Shown: positions 1-5,448 of the stretch, piece after piece
Layout: every line of letters starts with the position of its first letter
Position numbering within the stretch: position 1 is the first letter of the stretch
Virus record (IMG/VR): IMGVR_UViG_3300033516_000069
Location: 1 to 60,993 of that record
Length of the DNA: 60,993 nucleotides
Origin: a virus
Lineage: Duplodnaviria > Caudoviricetes
Direction: 5' to 3' (one strand)
Program-made: the position numbers and the translations under genes
Notes under the pieces: generated by a model
Database searches by the model: none
Seen by the model: only the letters and a program-made list of their open reading frames with translations
What the model was told of the DNA's origin: nothing

Positions 1-80
1 ACCAATCAAGGATTGGCTTCGTTTCGAAAACGAATGGGCGCTTCGGCGCTATGGAGCGTGACCATAACCTTCCGCCATGC

Positions 81-156
81 ACAAATCACGCGCACGATGC
101 ACAAAACGTGCGCGAGGTACACAAAACGGGCGCGTGACCCACAAAACACACGCAAC
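81..156. repeat. four ~20-bp periodic units, each starting (C)ACAAA
   Basis: ACAAA at exactly 81, 101, 121, 141 followed by CGC-rich tails; tails mutually complementary. Confidence 0.75.
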
Positions 157-158
157 AC

Positions 159-232
159 TGGATCTTGATGTAACGGTAGCATAACTGACTCTGAATCAGT
201 TCGTGGTGGTTCGAATCCACCAGATCCAACCA
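159..232 (+). tRNA. tRNA-Gln(CUG)
   Basis: TGGATCT/AGATCCA acceptor, ACTGA-CTCTGAA-TCAGT anticodon arm, GTTCGAATC T loop, CCA. Confidence 0.95.
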
Positions 233-235
233 TAT

Positions 236-310
236 GGAAGCGAAGTCAAAGTAGTGCGACACTGGATTGTGGCTCCAGGTAATAGGGTGCAACTCCCTAC
301 GCTCCCTCCA
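236..310 (+). tRNA. tRNA-His(GUG), atypical (no G-1:C73)
   Basis: CTGGA-TTGTGGC-TCCAG anticodon arm; GGAAGCG/CGCTCCC acceptor with one mismatch; U73, CCA. Confidence 0.8.
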
Positions 311-314
311 AATT

Positions 315-388
315 GGGCTATTAGTATATCGGTAGTACATTTCTCTGGCAGAGAAAAGGGCTGAGTTCGATTCTCAGATGGTCCACCA
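315..388 (+). tRNA. tRNA-Ala(GGC)
   Basis: TTTCT-CTGGCAG-AGAAA; G3:U70 Ala identity pair; CCA. Confidence 0.93.
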
Positions 389-390
389 AT

Positions 391-546
391 TTCAGTGAAA
401 AGGAATCTTATTAAGGTTATGTCCAAAGTAACCCACGGGGTTCGACTCCCCAGCCTGAGCCATTTGGGCAATGAGAACCGGGTTTCTATCGTCTAAACAA
501 GACACTCTAGTTTGAATTAAGAGAGATATAAGTCTGAGTAACTGAA
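391..546 (+). ncRNA. structured tRNA-like ncRNA, copy 1 (family unassigned)
   Basis: Terminal helix TTCAGT/ACTGAA; ends conserved with copy 2; internal T arm GGGG-TTCGACT-CCCC and downstream D-arm-like TCGTCTAAACAAGAC. Confidence 0.75.
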
Positions 547-551
547 TATAT

Positions 552-625
552 GCCGGATTCGGATAGTGGCATTCCGCCTGTTTCGTAATCAGGATACCGT
601 GGTTCAATTCCACGATCCGGCACCA
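552..625 (+). tRNA. tRNA-Thr(CGU)
   Basis: GCCGGAT/ATCCGGC acceptor, loop TTCGTAA, CCA. Confidence 0.9.
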
Positions 626-626
626 A

Positions 627-795
627 AATCAGTGAATGGGAATCTTTTGTGGTACTGACGGCGATATGCCCGATGTAACCTAGTGGGGTTCAAATCCCCA
701 ATCGCCCGTCAATGGGCGGTTGTTCACACTTACGGAAAAGTGGTTAGTTTAAATAAAACACTCCTTGTGAGAGATATAAGTCCGAGTAACTGATT
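627..795 (+). ncRNA. structured tRNA-like ncRNA, copy 2
   Basis: AATCAGT/ACTGATT terminal helix; TCAGTGAA..GGAATCTT ... GAGAGATATAAGTCCGAGTAACTGA; T arm TGGGG-TTCAAAT-CCCCA; D-arm-like TAGTTTAAATAAAAC. Confidence 0.75.
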
Positions 796-800
796 AATAT

Positions 801-874
801 GCTGTTTTAGGATAGTGGTATTCTGCATCCTTGGTATGGATGAGACGGGGGTCCGATTCCCTCAAACAGCACCA
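801..874 (+). tRNA. tRNA-Thr(GGU)
   Basis: CATCC-TTGGTAT-GGATG; GCTGTTT/CAAACAGC acceptor region; CCA. Confidence 0.9.
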
Positions 875-878
875 TCAT

Positions 879-951
879 ACGTAGTGCAAGCCGGGCTTGC
901 GCCGAACTCCAAATCCGGTTGAGGTTGGTTCAACTCCAACACTACGTGCCA
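879..951 (+). tRNA. tRNA-Trp(CCA)
   Basis: ACGTAGT/ACTACGT acceptor, loop CTCCAAA, G73, CCA. Confidence 0.85.
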
Positions 952-1195
952 GAGCGATTGCTGAGTTGACATGAAAAAAATCAAAATAGGCAATTGATAA
1001 CGCGGATAAAAGCCCACTAACACCGCTACACAATAAAGTTAAACATCGACCTCGTAGGGGAAGATGGTGAGCAACATCTAAGGACCATGGAAAGAAAACT
1101 CTGAAATGAGGTAGGTATCCATGTGACGCGGGGGTTTCCCTTTAACCCGCTAAACCAAAAGAAACAGTATGGTGTATGCCACACTGAGGGAGCCA

Positions 1196-1270
1196 CCGCA
1201 TGTAGTACAATGGTTAGTACATTCGTCTGATACACGAAAGATCCTAGTTCGATTCTAGGTTTGCGGACCA
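1196..1270 (+). tRNA. tRNA-Ile(GAU)
   Basis: TTCGT-CTGATAC-ACGAA; GTTCGATTC; CCA. Confidence 0.9.
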
Positions 1271-1274
1271 TCAT

Positions 1275-1351
1275 AGGCACTATCTTCACTGGTTGTGAAG
1301 GCTCGTCTGATAAGCGATTTAAGCTGGGTTCGATTCCCAGGGTGCCCACCA
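1275..1351 (+). tRNA. tRNA-Ile(GAU), second divergent copy
   Basis: TCGT-CTGATAA-GCGA; GGTTCGATTCC; CCA. Confidence 0.87.
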
Positions 1352-1356
1352 TTCAT

Positions 1357-1432
1357 CAGTCTGTGGGATAGAAGTTCTGTCCACTTGTTTTGGGAACAAG
1401 GGGTGCTGGAGCGTTACCAGCCAGATTGACCA
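1357..1432 (+). tRNA. tRNA-Pro(UGG), aberrant T loop
   Basis: CAGTCTG/CAGATTG acceptor; CTTGT-TTTGGGA-ACAAG; T loop AGCGTTA; CCA. Confidence 0.82.
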
Positions 1433-1437
1433 TTCAT

Positions 1438-1512
1438 GCTCGTATCTTCTATGTAGTAAGAATCCCGATTCTCAATCGGATAAACAGAGTGCAAGTCTCT
1501 GTACGAGTACCA
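1438..1512 (+). tRNA. tRNA-Glu(CUC)
   Basis: GCTCGTA/TACGAGT acceptor; CCGA-TTCTCAA-TCGG; CCA. Confidence 0.88.
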
Positions 1513-1540
1513 AATATATCTGTAACACTTGAAGCGGATT

Positions 1541-1548
1541 TATAAATA
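1541..1548 (+). promoter_or_regulatory. T4-type late promoter TATAAATA
   Basis: Exact motif 5 nt before ATG 1554; recurs before many genes. Confidence 0.7.
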
Positions 1549-1553
1549 ATTGT

Positions 1554-1958
1554 ATGGAAAAGAACGACGGAGACTCTGACAGATTCCGCCCAACTCAGAT
1601 GCATCCAATCCATGAGTTGACAAAAAGAACAGACAAAATCCCAAAAGGCTTTCTATGTCCTTCTTGTGGACACCTTGCCGTAGATGAAGATGAATTACTT
1701 GGCGCAACGTGTCCAAAGTGCCTACAACAGTGGCTCATAGAGCAAAAAGTTCAACAAATGGTTCCTATCAGTGAATTGCAGGACGAAAGAGAATCGGCAT
1801 TGGTTCATACTATCGTGGTTTCTGAAAAGTTGAAAATAGATTTTGATACGCCACCATACGATGATACAACGAAGATAATGCCTAATATAGATGATATGGT
1901 AATACAAAAGAAAATAAAGAAAGTAACGGATTCTGATGATAGAATACCGGGACTATAA
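1554..1958 (+). CDS. hypothetical protein with Zn-ribbon (CPSC..CPKC)
   Basis: 134-aa ORF filling the gap between tRNAs, two CxxC pairs. Confidence 0.75.
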   Translation: MEKNDGDSDRFRPTQMHPIHELTKRTDKIPKGFLCPSCGHLAVDEDELLGATCPKCLQQWLIEQKVQQMVPISELQDERESALVHTIVVSEKLKIDFDTPPYDDTTKIMPNIDDMVIQKKIKKVTDSDDRIPGL

Positions 1959-1961
1959 CAT

Positions 1962-2038
1962 GCCCTTGTGATGAAATTGGCAAACATGTCAGCCTTAGAA
2001 GCTGAATCTTGCAGGTTCGACTCCTGTCGGGGGCACCA
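1962..2038 (+). tRNA. tRNA-Leu(UAG), short variable loop
   Basis: TCAGC-CTTAGAA-GCTGA; 5-nt variable region; A73 CCA. Confidence 0.92.
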
Positions 2039-2042
2039 TAAT

Positions 2043-2117
2043 GCGCGTCTAGTTTAGTGGTCTGAACGCTTGATTGACATTCAAGAGGTTCTGGTTCAAT
2101 TCCAGGGATGCGTACCA
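2043..2117 (+). tRNA. tRNA-Val(GAC)
   Basis: CTTGA-TTGACAT-TCAAG; GCGCGTC/GATGCGT; CCA. Confidence 0.92.
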
Positions 2118-2119
2118 GT

Positions 2120-2244
2120 AAGGTTGATTGCAGCAATCCAAATCCAAAAACTAACTGTAAATTAGAAGGACTTGGTTCGAATCCAAGCTCGCCCTAAGCA
2201 AGCGATGTGGTGTACCGGTAGCACAAAACAAGGATCAACCTGTA
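2120..2244 (+). ncRNA. circularly permuted tRNA mimic (YrlA/Y-RNA-like) carrying a GUA anticodon-type arm
   Basis: Closing helix AGGTTGAT/ATCAACCT; order anticodon arm (CTAA-CTGTAAA-TTAG), T arm (CTTGG-TTCGAAT-CCAAG), closed hairpin, D arm (GTGT-ACCGGTA-GCAC). Confidence 0.75.
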
Positions 2245-2269
2245 ACGCCCCGAAGCTAAAGGGGCACAT

Positions 2270-2343
2270 GCCCGATTCGTCTAACAGAAGGACACAACGC
2301 TACGAACGTTGGAATTTAGGTGCAAATCCTAAGTTGGGTGCCA
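2270..2343 (+). tRNA. tRNA-Arg(ACG)
   Basis: CAACG-CTACGAA-CGTTG; CCA. Confidence 0.92.
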
Positions 2344-2348
2344 ATCAT

Positions 2349-2424
2349 GGTGAGAGTAAGTTATGTAGTAAACTACTGGTCTGTGAAACCGGAAAAGCGA
2401 TTGCAAGTATCGTCTCTCACCCCA
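2349..2424 (+). tRNA. tRNA-His(GUG), canonical G-1:C73
   Basis: G-GTGAGAG/CTCTCAC-C-CCA; loop CTGTGAA. Confidence 0.9.
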
Positions 2425-2437
2425 AGTTTCTTTTCAT

Positions 2438-2524
2438 GTGTCCGTGGCGTAACTAGCAGCCGCACTACTTTGAGAGAGTAGCGGGAGAAATCCCGTGTAG
2501 GTGCAAATCCTATCGGGCACACCA
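2438..2524 (+). tRNA. tRNA-Leu(GAG), long variable arm
   Basis: CTACT-TTGAGAG-AGTAG; V arm CGGG-AGAAAT-CCCG; CCA. Confidence 0.9.
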
Positions 2525-2531
2525 TTTTCAT

Positions 2532-2607
2532 CTGAGTGTAGGTCAACAGTAGACGGCTCGTTTTGGAAGCGAGAGGTAGCTTGGTGCGACTCCAGCCACT
2601 CAGACCA
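2532..2607 (+). tRNA. tRNA-Pro(UGG)
   Basis: CTGAGTG/CACTCAG; CTCGT-TTTGGAA-GCGAG; CCA. Confidence 0.88.
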
Positions 2608-2718
2608 AGTAGTTAGTCCTGAAAAACTTACGGTTAAAAACCGAACAGTTAAGGTCTGTTAGTTCACAGTCAGAGTCGAGAAACTAACCGCTGCGCCAAG
2701 CGTTCTGACGGGCGATAT

Positions 2719-2792
2719 CGGACATTGGGATAATGGTAATCCGCCAGCTTCGGGAGCTTGAGACGGCAGTTCGATTCTGCCATGTCCGACCA
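2719..2792 (+). tRNA. tRNA-Pro(CGG)
   Basis: CGGACAT/ATGTCCG; loop TTCGGGA; GTTCGATTC; CCA. Confidence 0.9.
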
Positions 2793-2817
2793 GATAAATA
2801 ATGATAAGGAGACTACC

Positions 2818-2955
2818 ATGGCTACATTATCATTACTCGCAAGTATCACATCAATCTTGGTTAATCTTTACACTCTCTGGTCAGTTCGCAAGACACTGAT
2901 TCAAGGTGCTAAAAATGCTGCGGAAGAAGCAGAAAAGATTATCAAGAAAATTTAA
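2818..2955 (+). CDS. small single-TM membrane protein (45 aa)
   Basis: AAGGAG RBS before ATG 2818; hydrophobic N-terminal helix, charged tail. Confidence 0.65.
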   Translation: MATLSLLASITSILVNLYTLWSVRKTLIQGAKNAAEEAEKIIKKI

Positions 2956-2956
2956 T

Positions 2957-3031
2957 CGTGGTGGGTTGGAATAGTTTCCAAACGACCCTCATAAGGTCTT
3001 TAAGAGAGTGCAATCCTCTACTCCACGACCA
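2957..3031 (+). tRNA. tRNA with CAU anticodon (Met or Ile2)
   Basis: GACC-CTCATAA-GGTC; CGTGGTG/CTCCACG; CCA; lacks initiator GGG/CCC stem. Confidence 0.8.
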
Positions 3032-3042
3032 GCGCAATTGGA

Positions 3043-3163
3043 TGCTTAGACCGGAAAATCCCGCAAGGGTCTTAGTGTAATGGTTAGCACCCCCGCCCAA
3101 AGCGGGGAGATCAGGTTCGAATCCTGTTAAAGTAACGCTAGAGTTTACCGGTCGAAAGAAGTA
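3043..3163 (+). ncRNA. acceptor-less tRNA mimic on a helix with GUCGAAAG motif (Y-RNA-like)
   Basis: D arm TAGTGTAATGGTTAGCAC, GC-rich arm CCCCGC-CCAAA-GCGGGG, T arm CAGG-TTCGAAT-CCTG enclosed by GACCGG/CCGGTC then GAAAG loop and TGCTT/AAGTA; no CCA. Confidence 0.7.
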
Positions 3164-3271
3164 GGGCGGCGGCGGTTGCCCGAAAAGCTCCGACAGTGGA
3201 TGATTGCCGCCACTATAAAACAAAGAGCGGTCGCGTTCAACACCCCCTAGTGCGTTAAACTTCGGGACCAT

Positions 3272-3348
3272 GCGGTTATAGCCCAATCGGCAGAGGCGTT
3301 AGGTCGAGAACCTAAATGTTACAAGTTCGAATCTTGTTAGCCGCACCA
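3272..3348 (+). tRNA. tRNA-Leu(GAG), short variable loop, C33
   Basis: TTAGG-TCGAGAA-CCTAA; GCGGTTA/TAGCCGC; A73 CCA. Confidence 0.85.
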
Positions 3349-3465
3349 AATCTGAGCCAATAGAGGACGTAAAGGCACTAATTAATCCGTAATCTTTAGG
3401 CTTTGCAAAGCTGAAAAGATGCAGGCTGCTTTATGGGTGGTGCGACTCCACACAGAACACTTTTT

Positions 3466-3779
3466 GTAAATCAGACAATCGCTGGGGACTCCAAACCTAG
3501 AGGAAAGTCGGGGCACCAAACAAAAATCTACTGGTTAACGACCAGCATACTTTTTCAGTAGGTATGAGGAAAGGGCAGTAAGAAATAAACCGCCGATGGC
3601 TTCGCAAGAAGATCAGGTAAGGGTTGAAAATTCGGCTTAAGAAACCGGACTTCTCATAGTAATATGAGTCGAGTGTAACCCCTAGATGGTGCAAGGCAGT
3701 AATTGCCGCTTGAGGTCAACAGTAATGTTGATCCTAGACAAATGATTGTCCAACGACAGAACCCCGCTTACCGATTTAC
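3466..3779 (+). ncRNA. rnpB: RNase P RNA (bacterial type A-like, compact, ~314 nt)
   Basis: P1 GTAAATC/GATTTAC; P2 GACAATC/GATTGTC; CR-I GAGGAAAGTCGGGGCAC; CAGGTAAGGGT; GGTGCAAG; CCTAGACAAATGA; CR-V ACAGAACCCCGCTTAC complementary to CR-I (P4). Confidence 0.93.
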
Positions 3780-3798
3780 TTTACTGGAATTTTTTCAT

Positions 3799-3877
3799 GC
3801 CCCTGTAGTAGAACTGGCAAATACTAACGGCTTAAACCCGTTGAAACCTGTGGGTTCGAATCCCACTAGGGGCACCA
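3799..3877 (+). tRNA. tRNA-Leu(UAA), short variable loop
   Basis: AACGG-CTTAAAC-CCGTT; GGTTCGAATCC; CCA. Confidence 0.92.
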
Positions 3878-3883
3878 TTTCAT

Positions 3884-3958
3884 AGGCGATTAATTCAATG
3901 GTGGAATGTTGCTTTCACATAGCAAATGCCACTGGTTCGATTCCAGTATCGCCTACCA
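3884..3958 (+). tRNA. tRNA-Val(CAC)
   Basis: AGGCGAT/ATCGCCT; TTGCT-TTCACAT-AGCAA; CCA. Confidence 0.92.
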
Positions 3959-4076
3959 TAACGCTGCATCGACGGGCAAATATCGGTGTCTCTAGGAAAT
4001 TGCAGAAGATCACCTAGTATAATATAAAACATTAAATGTTGCATGCGTTAGAGTTTATATAGGAAAACTCATTAAT

Positions 4077-4155
4077 GGGGCTGTAGCAGAACCAGCATAT
4101 GCGGTCGTTTCAAAAGCGGCGTCATTTGTGGGTGCAAATCCCACCAGCCCTACCA
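4077..4155 (+). tRNA. tRNA-Leu(CAA), short variable loop
   Basis: GGGGCTG/CAGCCCT; GTCGT-TTCAAAA-GCGGC; CCA. Confidence 0.88.
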
Positions 4156-4159
4156 TCAT

Positions 4160-4236
4160 GTCGGTGTAGCCCAATTGGAAGAGGCATTTCATTCAGGGTG
4201 AAACCAGTAAGAGTTCGAATCTCTTCACCGATACCA
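4160..4236 (+). tRNA. tRNA-Leu(CAG), short variable loop
   Basis: GTCGGTG/CACCGAT; TTTCA-TTCAGGG-TGAAA; CCA. Confidence 0.9.
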
Positions 4237-4278
4237 TTGTGTTTTCCACAAGTATGTTGACTATTTAAGCAAACCCGA

Positions 4279-4286
4279 TATAAATA
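4279..4286 (+). promoter_or_regulatory. T4-type late promoter TATAAATA
   Basis: Exact motif upstream of HNH gene. Confidence 0.65.
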
Positions 4287-4306
4287 TATTATATAGGGGA
4301 TGCTTA

Positions 4307-5020
4307 ATGAGACATATAAGTAAATTTGATTTATTGACAATTGAAGATTTGAAAGCAGTAATAAACCAATCAGATAGTTATAGAGAAGTTATTTTAAAAG
4401 TTGGTCTTGATGGTGAGTGTGGGTGTCACTATATAAAGCTAAAATCTATAATTAAAAATAATAATATAGATGTTAGTCATATGACTAGAAGAAAGAATTC
4501 TATTCATCATAATAAATATTTCGGAAAAAGACCAATAGAAAATTATTTGGTTAAATCTAATAAAAAATTGTTAGGGCATTTAAAAATTAGACTTTTAGAA
4601 GAGAGTGTCTTTGCTAATAAATGTGCATTGTGTGGTCAACTACCAATACATAATGGATTAAAATTGACTCTTCAACTGGATCACATAAATGGTGATCCAA
4701 CTGATAATACTAAAGAAAATTTGAGATTTTTATGCCCAAATTGTCACTCACAAACATTAAATTGGGGATCTAAAAATTCCAAGTTGAAGCCAACACCAGT
4801 AATTAAGATTAAGAAAGAGAGAAAGTGTAAATTTTATACAACAAAAGAAGAATTAGAAAAATTATTAAAAGAAAAATCTATGAGAGAAATAGGAAAAATG
4901 TTTTCTGTATCTGACAATGCTATAAAGAAGCGGTGTATAAAATTAGGAATTGAGCTTGAGTCTTACTATTGGCAAAATAAACTTCTTCATAAAGGCACGC
5001 CGGGATCGTTCAACGGATAG
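4307..5020 (+). CDS. HNH homing endonuclease with C-terminal HTH
   Basis: CALCG...LQLDHINGDPTDNTKENLRFLCPNCH; SMREIGKMFSVSDNAIKKR; very AT-rich; 3' end overlaps tRNA-Arg. Confidence 0.92.
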   Translation: MRHISKFDLLTIEDLKAVINQSDSYREVILKVGLDGECGCHYIKLKSIIKNNNIDVSHMTRRKNSIHHNKYFGKRPIENYLVKSNKKLLGHLKIRLLEESVFANKCALCGQLPIHNGLKLTLQLDHINGDPTDNTKENLRFLCPNCHSQTLNWGSKNSKLKPTPVIKIKKERKCKFYTTKEELEKLLKEKSMREIGKMFSVSDNAIKKRCIKLGIELESYYWQNKLLHKGTPGSFNG

Positions 5021-5073
5021 GACAAGACCCTCCGAAGGTCAAAATCTAGGTTCAATTCCTAGTCCCGGTGCCA
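4999..5073 (+). tRNA. tRNA-Arg(CCG)
   Basis: GCCGGGA/TCCCGGT; GACC-CTCCGAA-GGTC; CCA. Confidence 0.92.
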
Positions 5074-5074
5074 C

Positions 5075-5102
5075 TTGACAAGCATGAATTCTTTGGTAGA
5101 AT
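5075..5102 (+). promoter_or_regulatory. sigma70-like early promoter
   Basis: TTGACA-N16-TAGAAT with TGn extension; similar TTGACT..TAGAAT at 6051-6077. Confidence 0.6.
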
Positions 5103-5108
5103 CTATTC

Positions 5109-5438
5109 ATGCCTCCGAAGCAGCCAAAACTTAAAATGTTTATAGTCCTTCGATGGGATCTTCCAGCCGAAGCGGCTGTAGTCGCGGCTGCTCACGCCTC
5201 TATCGGAACTTATCTGACATTCATAGAGAATCCTCTAATGCAGGAGTGGCAGAAAACTTCCTTCATCAAGCGCATTTGTAAAGCCTTTGACCACAGCCAC
5301 TTCCAGCGGCTCAAGCTGCTGGGAATGCACCGTGTTTTCACAGAGTCATGTCTTGGTAACTCGGAAGTATCCATCGGTTTCGACATGGTTCCCCCACCCT
5401 ACTACACCATGGAAGAAATTCCACTCTGGACAAGATAA
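5109..5438 (+). CDS. peptidyl-tRNA hydrolase, Pth2 family
   Basis: KMFIVLRWDL...AAAHAS...EW...KRI pattern of the PTH2 fold; adjacent to tRNA array. Confidence 0.75.
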   Translation: MPPKQPKLKMFIVLRWDLPAEAAVVAAAHASIGTYLTFIENPLMQEWQKTSFIKRICKAFDHSHFQRLKLLGMHRVFTESCLGNSEVSIGFDMVPPPYYTMEEIPLWTR

Positions 5439-5448
5439 ATAGAAACGT

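Noticed and set aside
78-157. CRISPR mini-array interpretation of the 20-bp repeat
   Set aside because: Period too short, constant part only ~6-7 nt, no spacers of CRISPR length
952-1195. tmRNA
   Set aside because: No Ala-type acceptor (G3:U70), T arm or tag reading frame found
2612-2690. Hammerhead ribozyme
   Set aside because: CTGAAAA does not match the CUGANGA core and the three-stem junction cannot be built convincingly
3960-4050. c-di-GMP-I riboswitch-like GGGCAAA element
   Set aside because: Lacks the GAAA tetraloop and GCAAAG second stem; only a terminal helix is evident
6-4340. Short ORFs overlapping the tRNA array (e.g. 6-233, 86-340, 1026-1352, 2172-2456, 3497-3885)
   Set aside because: They are translations of tRNA/RNase P sequence without RBS or protein motifs
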